Assembly: GCA_030704615.1 (NCBI GenBank)
Contig: CM060733.1
Coordinates: 74,400,001 to 74,464,000, forward strand
Reading direction: 5' to 3'
DNA: 64,000 nt
Origin: Takakia lepidozioides
Taxonomy: Eukaryota > Plantae > Bryophyta
Position 1 is the first letter of the stretch. Every line of letters begins with the position of its first letter. The notes beneath the pieces were generated by a model, which was not told the origin of the DNA, ran no database searches, and worked only from the letters and a program-made list of their open reading frames with translations. This document shows, piece by piece, positions 25,501-37,346 of this stretch. Position numbers and translations under genes: made by a program.

Positions 25501-26689
25501 CCAAGACGGAGGTGGAAATTTGGAGATGTGTGGGCCCAGCGGGGTCCTTCAAAGTTATCAAGAGAAAGTGGACTTGTCTCAATCGGCTACCACTTCAATC
25601 TGGAGAGCCAGGGCAGCCACAGGTAAGTTCAAACTGCCTAAACTGCTTATATTGTTTGATGAGCACTTTCAACTTTTCATCGCATGTACCACATCTTCAT
25701 CGACATTCTTTTAAAAATATATTTAATAGTCTTCAAATATCTATTGTTTTAATTATGGGTTGTCTATAGATATATAGTCGGTGCAGACTATGTCTCGGGT
25801 CGCATACTGTTTTTGCATAGTCGGCACCGACTATTAGAGTGTTGTGTTTTGTTACTTAGTCATTGAAGTGCCGGAACGTCGAATTTGGTCGGTACCGATT
25901 TGGTCGGATTTGTTCGGATCATTGTCGGTGCCGACTATCAATCAAAATTGTGTGGTTTCAACGTTATAGTCTGTAACGACTACCACAACTCATTTTAGAA
26001 TTGTGCAGCTACAAAGTCCATTAGTTTCTTCAAACATAACCTTTACAGAATGTTGTGTGTCTTCTCTTACATAATACCGATATGACGAGGTTCCTCCTCA
26101 AATTTGTAATTGCAGACTGTGATTTTCTATGCATTTTGCCTATTGAGGGGCATGGACGTCAATTTCAACTTGCGGGAGATAGCTGCAAAGCTTGACACCG
26201 ACCACAAAAGTGTCACTGAGGATGTGGTCAGGAACATGGTCAGGGAGGATAGACTCCACAAACGATAAGATGACACCTTCTTCCGCGGGGCACTTGAGAA
26301 AAGCCCCAGGTTCATGCAAACCTTCATTGAGATGTGTTCACCAGAAGGGGGAACAGTAGTCGATCTGAAAGCGGGATGTGGGTCCTCCATGGTGGCTGCA
26401 ACAATTTGCGGAAGGCATCTGCTCGCCTTGGAATGGGACGACAAGCTACTGCGAGAGAGGCTAGGGGGATTGCAGCAGCAGGCACCTGCGGCCACCGTTG
26501 TCGCTAACACAGCTGCCGACACTGACTGGTTGAACGACGAAAGAGATGGCATTTAGATTCACGTACAATCGTTGGAGTGAGTAAGTCCAACTTCTATGTA
26601 AGTATCTTCATTGTTAGCATGTTCTGATTGTTCCCATTTCCTCAAATCATCATTCATGCAAGATCTAATATGTTATGTCGTAATTGCAG

Positions 26690-27211
26690 TTACGAGCTGC
26701 CCCTGCAGATTGCAAAACGTCCCGCTGAGGCCATCATGGGGATCCAGGGTCTTCCACGGATACCGGGAGGGATGATGCTGGTAGGGAGAAGAGGTTGAAA
26801 GTGCTTGAACAGGTTGCAGCTCTAACTACTCCGGAGAAAGGGTACGACATGCCTCCCTACGCGGCAGCAGAAGCGCAGGCTCAGGCTGAGCAACCGTGGA
26901 CAGGAATGTCTCAGCAGGCACAATGCCCAGCACAGATGAGGGCTGGTGCTCAATTTTTTACGGTACATAACTATTTTGATAATTCTGCAGAAGAGGGATC
27001 GGAAAGCGAGGATCCAACGACCGATGAAAGCTCTGACGAAGAGTATGTTGACGAGGTCGTTAGTGAGGAGATGACTCCTAGCCCAAAGATCAGTTTAAGA
27101 CTTGGCCTCGACTTGCTACCGGGTCCCTCCCCCGCAACAGTAGTTTCTGGGGTGTTGCAGGACATAGCGTCGGAGTATGGTGAGGACCCTGGTAGTCCAA
27201 ATGATACGTAG
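26690..27211 (+). CDS. Acidic low-complexity ORF near the MULE right end (possible extra exon or fourth cargo gene)
   Basis: An acceptor TTGCAG ending at 26689 is in frame with ORF 26795-27211 apart from one TGA (26726-26728). D/E/S-rich, no recognisable domain. Confidence 0.35.
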
Positions 27212-28452
27212 TTGCATTTGCTTTACCTTAAACCCTAAACACAAAGGGGTTTCTCTGATGCGCTGAATCATTTGGAAAATATCGTACAGTGATATGGGTG
27301 TAATTGAATGTTGCGCAAAATTTTACTCCAATGTCGATGTTCAGTCTTCTTAATTGCATGATCTTCACATCCTCGCCATCTTCCAATCCTTCACATTCCC
27401 CTGGTTTGGAATTGTTGGAGTGCTGAGCCTAGTCTGCTGAAGTTATAAATTGCCGGTCACAAATATCCAAATGAAACAGGTTAGTACTCTGTTGATTGAT
27501 ATGAAGACCATTGCCATGACATGCCAGCCGCAATGCCCAAATATTAAACTTATGCCCATGTGCACACTCCTTCCCTCACAGACAGTCACGCTTCAATAGT
27601 GTCCATTTCAAGAACAAGTAGTTTCAACTATGTAGTTATAGACACAACAGGTCCAGCTTGGGTCCAGCTTTCATTGGGGATGATATAGTCGGTGGCGACC
27701 ATAACACCTAACATCGCCTAAACTTACCAATTTTGAGGGTGGTGCTATAGTCGGTGGTGACTACAACAACTCACCTGCAGCCCACGATGATAGGCGTTCC
27801 ACCTTCTATTTCCGTGGAGTGTTACCACTATGCATTAAGTCGGCAGTTTTGGTTCCCGACCTCCACCTTAGAGTAGGTTCGGTATAAGTTCGGGCGAGGG
27901 TCGGGAAACTCTACTCATGCTCATGCGCTCACCGCTCATGCTCATAGATTTGCAACCCCCCATTAGGAGGTCTTCCAAACCTAGTCGTGTACAACATATT
28001 TTAGACTAGGAAAGCCTCAAGAAAATGAAGATGAAGGAAGAGGTGGCAGCTATTAGAGCTTATCAGGTTTGTTTATCTTGGATTTTGCTGAGGAAGTGGG
28101 GGAGAAGAGGCAAAAGATTCCCAGGAGGTGAGGTGGACAGTCCCCCAAGGAGAGGACGATATTTTTGAGAGGCATAATGGAACTGATACATCTTAGAGCT
28201 CAGAGGATGAGGGGGATGAGGGGGATGAGGAGGAATGTGGGGCAAGTTCCTCGGAGGGTGTAGGAGAGTAGTGCCCATTCCGGCTATGACAGTTAGGACA
28301 CACTTGTATAGATGTGGCTTGCCACAAAATTTGCAATAAAATGTTGCATTTCATTGCTATGACGAGTCCAGTGGTGCCACATTCCAACTTCACATGACCC
28401 TATTTCCGTGCCTCGTACCCCTATTTCCGTGGGCACACAATGGTCCGTTCAT

Positions 28453-28486
<34 letters not shown>

Positions 28487-28913
28487 CCGCTCATGCTCAT
28501 GCCGCTCATGAAATAGCAGCCCCATGGGGGAGTTACTGTCTTGATTTTCTTGTGTTTGGATCCCCTCCATACCTGATGCCTGACTGTGCTCCATGTTAGC
28601 TTTGTGTGGGCGCTTGTTTTCATAGGAGATTGGTCCGGATTTGATCACCGGCCAATCCTAGAGTATGCTGTCGGTGGTGAGGCTGGAGTGATGACTAGCA
28701 AGACCACCAGTGTTTCTTCTATGGTGAGGTTGGGTTGATGACCGGCAGACCATAGAAGTGCTTGCGGTGGATGCATGTATAGGTGTAGGTTTATGTTACG
28801 AATCTAGCAGTTTGAGCCATAAGCCACAACAGATTCTCTATCCGGTTATCGTGTGGAAAGGGGGGTTAGAGACGGGTTGACAGTCGGTTGGGTTGTGAGT
28901 TTTCATCACGGAG

Positions 28914-29615
28914 GTGCCACTAGTTGCTGAGGGGAGTGCCTGTACGAGCACTAGCGATACTAGTGGGTACACAAGAGGAGGTGTGCGGTTTAGGCCACCT
29001 TCACCTTCAGTGTCTTCGGAGGAAGGTTCAGACTCGGAGTCAGGAGGATTCTCGCCAAGGGTGCAAGCCGTTTCCGTGCCATTGTTGTGGGAGACGATGG
29101 AGGAGATGTATGGAGCTACCAAGGGGCCACGTAGGTACTCTGGAGCTGTGGGCACCATCGAGCTTGATGACTTCATACAAGAGTTTGATAGTTGGTGTGA
29201 TTTGCAGCAGATGCGCAATCCACAACTATTTACGCCCTTTATGGCGTGGAAGGGACTATTCCAGCACCTTGAGGGGCCGCCCATGGATGATTACCATGAG
29301 TTTAGGCGGGGACATGAGGTACAAATTGAGAAGTGACATCAATATTGGTCACCTAATTACGTCTCTATCACTAGAGGCACAGTGGCAAGATCCACGACGA
29401 ACACAACAGTAGCTACACCAGCAGCTTCTGCAAGTAACAGTGGAACAAGTGGATCAGGAGCTGGGACATCCACTCCAGCTCCTACCGTAGCACCAACGTC
29501 CGTATTGCCTGCCTTCAACCCGGTTGTGGAGTTCTTCCAAGAGTTGAGAAGAAACTACCAGGGGGTGAGGACAGAGAAGTTGCGGAGCTTGCAAGAGTTC
29601 CAAAGATTGCAATAA
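28914..29615 (+). mobile_element. LTR retrotransposon gag remnant
   Basis: PRRYSGAVGTIELDDFIQEFDSWCD..WKGLFQHLEGPPMDDYHEF..EFFQELRRNYQG..KLRSLQEFQR with a stop at 29334-29336. Homologous to 37347-37600 and 43981-44600. Confidence 0.7.
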
Positions 29616-29619
29616 TTCT

Positions 29620-30010
29620 TATTTACATTCGCCAACGTTAGAAAAATATCAATACCGAAGGTGCATCTCACAACTCTGCTGTGTTTCTTAAATGAGCCAG
29701 AATAGGTTCATCTACCTTATTTGTCCGACAATGTTTTGGGGATTACGTGGCAGTTCCAGGCGATAGGTAGCCTTCCTAAAATGGCGGGCAGAGTGTCTTC
29801 TCCACCACCTGACAGTTTGAGGGCTAAATGTGTGCCAATTATGTCTCATCTCGCAGAGGGTGCCAATTATACCTAGCCACACAAAGGGTCCCTCCTGCAT
29901 GCTCCAATTTCCCGACCCATTGGTTTTGTAAAAAGTCTATAGATTGGAGAAATCATTAGAAATTACTGCTTTCATTGTGAGAGGTTGGGCCATGTTGTCA
30001 AAAGCTAATT
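29620..30010 (+). mobile_element. Degraded retroelement ORF with zinc knuckle
   Basis: YCFHCERLGHVVKS near 29965-30005 (CxxCxxxGH); the surrounding frame has stops. Confidence 0.35.
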
Positions 30011-30514
30011 GCAGATGGAACCATTAAAAAAGATTAAGAGCTAGCAAAAGTCCTGGGAAAATCTACTTCCTCAAAACCTACTTCCTGCAACAAGCTCCTT
30101 GGCCCTTAAAGGGTTAAGGAGAGATTACCCCTATGACATTAGGAACAAACAACAAACCCAAACAAATATCCAAAAACAAATGACTTATGGAAAAGTTGTT
30201 TGAAAAATTGTTCATCATTGCCACATTCTTGAGCAGTTAACTGAAAACATTGGGGCTCTTTTCCTTGGCTTTAACCACAAGCCACAATCACCTGCTGTGC
30301 AATACCTGAAGGTTTAGTAATTTTGAGCAAAAGTTTGTCAGCCAGGCCTCCCTACATGAGAAGGCTTCTACTAACAAAGAGAAATTGTGCGCAACATGAG
30401 AGCTGCCCTATTTCAACATCTGGGATGAGTGGGAAACCAGATCAATTAAATCCTCAGAAATTCAGCACTAGTTAAACAGGTGCCCCATGCAAGGGGAAGA
30501 GCTCAAGTCATGCT

Positions 30515-33500
30515 TCAATCCTCGCCTTGGTTCTCCTCCTTATAAAGCTTGATCATGTCATCAATTCGCAGTATTGTGATTGCTGCCTCAGTTGCGAACT
30601 GCAAGAACCCCAGGCAAACAAAAATCGACCAGAATAAATCTAGACCAACGTCCCAGATTCATAACCCAATGCACCATAAAAACACTCGGCAACTAAAGTA
30701 GACAGTCTTCACCTTACAATGGAATCTTGTAGGAAAAGTTGGAAAATACTGAAGGGCAGTATACCTGTATGATCTTCACTTTGCTCATGGATGGCTCAAT
30801 CACACCAGCTTCAATGTTGTTCCTCACCACTCCCTTAATCAAATCTAACCCCGTTCTGTACCAACCCAATGCAACTGTCATTCAGCTATTTAAGGAGAAG
30901 AAGCAGGGGGGTTCTGTGTACATTTGGCGCACATATGTACCTGGTATGCTGAGGAAGGCCAGCTTAGTACTGGGTTACAACAAGCGGCTGCACAAAAGCT
31001 CTCATGAATCCAACAAGAAGCAGGATCGGCTAGAAGCTGAAGTGTACCCTGAAAGATGCTGGTTATCAGCCTTCATCTGGGCTTTGTGGTGATAAGCACG
31101 CAGCTTGGCCACAAGCTCAGTCGTGTCCTTTGCAGCATTCACTGCCAACACCTATTTTTTTCCCCCCATCATATATACTAAAAAACATTAGCTTGTTGTC
31201 GCTGGTGATATGCACTACAAAACAGTTAGAAAATCGTTAAATTTCGTAGTTTTATTTGAGTGCAAAAATAAGAACCTTATTCCAGATGATACTGCACATC
31301 ACAAAAATAAACACAATTAAGCTCCTATCGACAGAGAGCAAACAAGGGTACCTTAGGAATGATCAGGAGTGCCTCAGCAAATTCAGCTATAGCCAGTTGC
31401 TCTCGTGACCCTAGTGTAGTAGCCAAATTCTCCAAAAAAACTGACAGTGCTGCCTCTACCGCCCCTCCCCCTGCTACCACCTGCCCATCACCCCACCACT
31501 TTCAGCACTGCAAGTGCAGAAAATGAAACACGTAGAAGAAGACATGCAAGAGACTGGACGCCTTTCTCAAGCAAACCTTGTCAGCAAAGCAAAAGGCAGC
31601 TCACATATTCTGATACAGAGAACAGATGTTAAAAGTGCAAACGAACCATATTGGACTCCAAAGTCCGTTTGACAATGCTTAGAGAGTCATGAATGGAGCG
31701 CTCCATCTCATCCAGCATGTGGTCATTCGCTCCCCGCAGGATGATCGACACCTACACAGGAAAGTCATCAGTGTGTCAAACATGTCAATAGCTTTGGGAG
31801 GAGGCAGAGGCCCTGGCATATACCTCTGACCCTGACACCTCCTGACAATGTGATGCTTTTGAATGCTAGGCATGTCTAAACAGATTCCTCCTTCACCTGG
31901 TCCGGCCTCTACTCCAATTTTGACTTCTGTCCATTCAAACTGTGAAACTTTTACGTCAACTGCAGATGCTATGTGTAGGAGTGCATAGCTAACATCTTAG
32001 GAACAAGAAGTGTGATCCTCAAGCATCTAGTACTTATGTGCTCACCGCCCTTGAGCTCTTGGCACCTTTGATGAGAATCACATCGTCATCAGCCACCTGA
32101 TCCTCCACAACCTCCTCTGCAATTCCCAATAGTGAAGAATCAAATGTTTCCCCTCCTTCCATGTCTGCAAAAGTCAGCACCTGCTGACAACATAAAATGC
32201 TCAGAGATTGCACTCTTGAACAAGCACTAGAGGTAGTGAGAAAGCCAGCACAACTGCTGACCTTTCCAGATGATGAAGTAGTTCCCAAAAATCCTCTATA
32301 GTCATCCTGTCATCTAGACAACTATCTAAGCTAAAACCCTCCGAACTTCTTCGCATTAACCGGGCCGTACTCTTGGGTGTCATCATGACCAATGACTGCA
32401 GGCACATGGCTTTTGGGTTGTTGTCATCTTCGAGAGAAATAGTATTATCATTGATTTGATCAAATATTCTTTCAATGACATAAATACAAGCACGAAAAAG
32501 GAGGGAGTAGACTTGACATATAATAACTGAAGCACGAGAGTAAACCCTCAGATAATACAGAAGGGAGATGTTTGTTTGCACCTGAGTGGCACCTGTTGCT
32601 TTAGCAATGTGACGCATGTCTTCCTTTCCCACTCTTCGCACTGCAATGGCCTTGGCCTCCACAAAGTACTGCAATTAACAAATGCCCATCCATACGTTAG
32701 TTTCCAACTGATGTATGTCAACTAAACAACTCCCTTGGCTAAAAACTAATTACTTTGTGCCCAAAACACACAATGCCCAAGCAGAGAGTACAACATAGGC
32801 AGAAACACAGAGATGGCTGACCTTGAGAGCCATATCATCAATGCCTTTGGTGGTCAGAATCACATTTGCACCAGCCTTCAACATTTTCTCAATTCGCTCC
32901 TTGGTAATGTCAGCCTCCCTACAGCACATGATGAACACATTTTACCTCTTTGCCTGAAGACCAGAAGTCTGTTCTTGGAACATTTTGAATATACCAAAGG
33001 CAAAAATGCCATTACAAACTTAGAACTACAGAGAATGGTCCTTATTTTCTTCAGCAAACCATAGACTTTATCTTGAGGCAGTGTTAAGAAAAACAAAACT
33101 GTGCTGGCCCTAAAATAAAATAAAAACATAGGTATGCAAGCTACTCTGCTATACAGAAAAAAAAAGTCACTCCTACTACGTTCCCCAAGACCAATGAATG
33201 TTACACACTGAATCTAGCCACACTCACCGCTGACGAATTTTCTCAAGCTCCCGTGGGTCAGTGACTAAGACTTGAACGCCCATTTGCATCTTTGTTCTCT
33301 GCAAATTAACATCAAGGCATGCTATACAAGCTGGTGCAACACGCTTTGGCATTCCCTGGGCTGCACGGCCAGTATTCAGAGCATACCCATTGAGCAAATA
33401 GCTCTCTTTTACACTCTTGCCATGAGCCTTGAGTATGTTGATGGCCTGTCCAGAATACCTCACAGACATCCATCAGACAATGCCAGATCACATAATTGCA

Positions 33501-36036
33501 GCATAATAACCAGAGGGATTATTTTCCAAAGGCCTAAACTCAGCAAATAAAGAACAGTCACACGCACCTTGATAGGATATTTTGTCTCACCCTTATCATT
33601 TGTAGTTTTGACAGCCTGTACTGCATCCACCACCTGTGGACCCAAGCAATTAATTTCAGCAATTCAAAGGATTTTTGCATGTGAAATGCCAGGCACATAT
33701 TTTATTACAGTTCTTCGCACACTATTCTGGTGGACTCAAAGCTCACTAATGAAGTTGCGCTAGTTTCCCCCCGTCATGAGAGACACTGGAAAGCAAAATC
33801 ACATCTCCAATTGTAAAATTGGCACTGGCACACTTACCATTTTGGCAAAAAAGTTGCTGTCAGTTCCAATGATCTTAGATGACATGCTTGTCTTAGCACA
33901 GTTGATCAGAGAGTCCTTCCCCAACTTGTCCACCTGCAAGAAGCTTATCCATCATATTCACTTGCGACATAATTCACATAACTACCTGTTCCGTAATCAC
34001 CCAAAGGTTTGCATCCAGACACATCAGAACCATGGAAGAGTCACAAACTACATGAACACTGCATATTTACAACACAATGGGGTGCACTATGACCTTTTTC
34101 CATGGGTGGCACTGACTGTCATGAATCACACTGGTCCGACATACAATGCCAAATCAAATTTAGCGACACCCATTCCATAGACCAACTGGCACCCATGATT
34201 CATCAAATCAGATTGAGAGTGTCACAAAATCTGAAATATTCCCATATAATACGTGAAAGTATTTTAGTGGTACCATTGCAAGTTTCATTTGAAGCTATGA
34301 TCCAGACGAGTGTCTGATTCCCCATTGAAGATCGACTGGTTTGAGTCCATGCTAACTCCCTGGATCAAATTGTGGGCTCTCATAGTGTGGGACTACTCAG
34401 TGTCAACATTGCAACACCCACGGTGTGGAGAGAGACTGCCATTAAAAGCTGACACAAGTGTGGGGTGTTAAATGCTAAAAAACAATTTATTTCACTTAAT
34501 GCAGAATAAGTACACCACAGAGCAAACAAAACCATCTGACATTCACCAAACCATACCTTGATGGCCAGCTTCTCATCAATGTACTTGCATGCTTCACGCA
34601 TAGCAAGCTGCAGACACAAAACCCACCCACAAGGACATCACACATTTACAAATGTTGCCTCATTTTCAATCAAGAGAACATCTTCCAGAGCCATATTGGT
34701 TGATGGAGGTTACAGGAATTGCAATCACTGAGTATGCTTACTTGCGAAGGAGTCCAGCAACCTTTGAGCATTGATACATCCTAGTACCATTTCAGGATTG
34801 CACACAGCGATGAAAACTGGGTAAAAGTGTTGACGATAGCTCAGGCATATTACCCTTAGTAAAGGAGGGGAAGCCTGACGTCAAATATAAAGAGAATACA
34901 ATATAAACTGGCTAACACACAAGCAATTACAACACAGGTGCAGACCTGCTGCTATGAATCCAACAGAATTTACCCGGAATCCACTAATAATTGAAGTCGG
35001 ATGAATCTTGATCCTGACCAAATCATTAGCCCTCTGCAAACACAAATGGAGAATGTGAGTCATCCTTTGGCCTTGTCTGTGAGTAGCTTTTGAAATATGA
35101 AGATATCCTGTGTAAGGAAAAAGGAAGTTGACCTTGAGAAGTTCTGCTGCGATGATTACAACAGAAGTAGTGCCATCTCCCACCTCTCGGTCTTGCAACT
35201 CAGCTAGCTCCACAAGAACCTGCCAAAAAGGTGGATCAGTACCTCATAGCTGGGGTCATCTCTAGGAATGAGCATTCTGGTATGCGCACGAATCTGTATG
35301 GGTCCACAGCACCATCTGTAACACATAATTTGCCCGGAGAAGAGGGGAAAGGGAGAGCTGCAGACATGTAACATAAAGCAAAATGTTACCTTGGCAGCAG
35401 GGTGTTCAACCTCCAGCATTTTCAAGATGGTAGCCCCATCATTTGAGATAGTGACATCGCCTATGTCATCCACCAGCATCTGCATCAGACCGGAATGCAC
35501 CAGTTCAGACATAACAACATCACAGGCATCTACTCTCAATCAAGCCATGTCCTTTCACATGCAACAGTGAGAATGGCTTTGCCTCCAACTTTAAATGGTG
35601 CTCCCACTCAACCAACTTAAAAGAGGTTACTCATTCTGCTCTTGGTTTGATAGAGACCCAGACCTTGTCTAACCCAAAGTCTTTCTTAAATTTTCACACC
35701 CAGAAAAAACCTGAGCTCTCAGCTTACAGTACATGTAAATCTTCCCGATTAAGGATTTTCCGTGCGCCATGCCAATTATACCGGGAGGAAACTGACAACG
35801 AAAACCATAACTCGGCTGAAAGAGAGACAAACACTAAGAAGGGAGGGGGATGGTCTTGCTGCTTCAAGCCGTAAACCCTACTCTTCTACGAACTGCTGGA
35901 CCACAAGAACGGGTGATAGGAGTGGCCCTTAAATATCGTTCACCTAGAATATTCATCGTTCATGCGTCAGCTGAGCTCCATTGCTTATTCTATAGAGCTG
36001 TGTCAAAAATAAAAATATTAGGCTCACAAAAGGCTG

Positions 36037-36124
<88 letters not shown>

Positions 36125-36398
36125 ACCTTATCGAGGCCGACAGGCCCTAATGAGCTCTTTACAATGTTGGCGATGGCTTGGCATGCCATAACTACAATTC
36201 CATCCAGCCCCAGAGAAAAACCCCAAGAAATCAGCAAAATCAAACGAGGACAATTAGATCATTTCTCTCAAGTCCTCCGCCTCCTGCACGCATCATAAGA
36301 TAAAGCAATAAACGGGAGGCAATCTAAACACTACCATTTTGAGTACGCACGTCCTGGCCAGTCTGCCTGTCGCCTAATATATCTAAGTTCTTGGACAT
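30515..36398 (-). CDS. TCP1: T-complex protein 1 subunit alpha (CCT-alpha), multi-exon
   Basis: Starts [21 protein letters not shown]. Exons include [67 protein letters not shown] and [11 protein letters not shown]. Ends [21 protein letters not shown] (stop 30515-30517). GT-AG introns. Confidence 0.97.
36041..36123. repeat. (GA)41 microsatellite just inside a TCP1 intron donor
   Basis: Pure GA run. Confidence 0.97.
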
Positions 36399-36892
36399 CT
36401 TGCCACCTTTACTTAAGCCAGGCCACAGCTTCTACAAAGCTCGTACTTTGGAAAACAAGCCTGGAGTGTCCTTCCAAACTGTACGAGAGAACGAACAAAT
36501 TGCGGCTCTCCAAAGACAAACAACCTAAAATCTAATTGGAGCCGTCGACGGGCGGGAAAACAGCTAAACCTAAAATGGATAGGGCCTACTTGTCGAGGTC
36601 CTAGGGCATACTTGAAGCTTTTTAGTGTAGTATAACCGTTTATTCAGTTTTGAGCTTAGGGCCGCTTTACATTAGGTTCGAAGGCCAAGATTCCGTGGTG
36701 GCGTGTCAAATCTACGCCCTGACTAAATTCCAGGATGCCCTAGACTCCGTGCTCGGTGAGCGTGAGGCGCTAAGGAGGTCGACGAGGAAGGGGAAGGAGA
36801 GGACGATGAGGAAAAGAAGAGAATCAGGGCAAAGAACTTCAGGTTCAAGTTGAGTGGCTGCTGTAAGTCCAGCATGAGCTCACACATGAGCC

Positions 36893-37346
36893 ATGGCAAA
36901 GGGACACATGATTCTACGGCAAATACAAGCAGCTGTTGTCAGTCGCACTGGCGTAGCAGTAGGTCTGCACCGGAGAATCTGTGTGGATGCCAAAGTTATT
37001 GCTCTGCAATCTCACGCAAGCCTACAGAGAAATCGAGTAATTAAGGACGAAGGCGGCATTTGGTGCTTTTCAGTAGACGATGGCAGTGAAGTCAAAGCAC
37101 ATACTTCATAAGAGCCTTCTGGACTATACCAGGCTAATGGAACAACATGTACAGAAGGACCCAAGATGCATGTTCTCATGTGCACACCAAAACAGACGTC
37201 TTGCATCCTGTAACTGTAGGAGATTCTCCCCTTGTACTAAGCGAGGAGAGTTCTCGTGGAAAAATCTTGTTCGTATCAGAGACTGGCACTGCCAGAAGGC
37301 TTGCAGAGAGGCTACTTCAACAGTTATTAGAGCACAATATTACAGT
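36893..37346 (+). pseudogene. TYW1: TYW1 flavodoxin-domain exon, 5' half (broken)
   Basis: RGKILFVSETGTARRLAERLLQQLLEHNITV matches the plant TYW1 flavodoxin start (GKIFF.SQTGTA..LA.RL). The upstream part has stops and a frameshift. Confidence 0.72.

Larger units (their letters stand above)
16533..26556 (+). pseudogene. Spliced ParB/Srx-like + beta-class N4C/N6A DNA methyltransferase-like fusion gene (~1,076 aa reconstructed)
   Basis: Exons 16533-17386, 17759-18355, 18442-18674, 24517-25622 and 26116-26556 with GT-AG junctions, phase-compatible once two homopolymer slips are corrected. ParB-like RIPLCRMQP..VR..INKLKLYF..WLQTYDGNHRWYAW (DGNHR 17235-17249). MTase motifs ADLVMVDLPDG (IV), LLKDDGCLVIFC (VI) and EKSPRFMQTFIEMCSPEGGTVVDLKAGCGSSMVAATICGRHLLALEWD (X-I-II). 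Frameshifts in T8 (18128-18135) and C9 (24915-24923); TAA at 26266-26268. Confidence 0.8.
6910..27959. mobile_element. Large Mutator-like (MULE) DNA transposon with degenerate TIRs; 21,050 bp (about 16.3 kb without the nested CACTA)
   Basis: 9-bp TSD CCATTAGGA at 6901-6909 and 27960-27968. Ends GGGGT...ACCCC with imperfect subterminal inverted GCATGAGC/GCTCATGC repeats. Internal MULE transposase, and an element-specific palindrome confined within these bounds. Confidence 0.9.

Noticed and set aside
16533-26556. Bacterial or phage contamination as the source of the ParB-methylase
   Set aside because: The gene has four GT-AG introns, lies within a TSD-bounded MULE and hosts a nested plant CACTA.
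35850-36243. ORFs with RE or LS dipeptide runs
   Set aside because: They are read-through of the intronic GA microsatellite.
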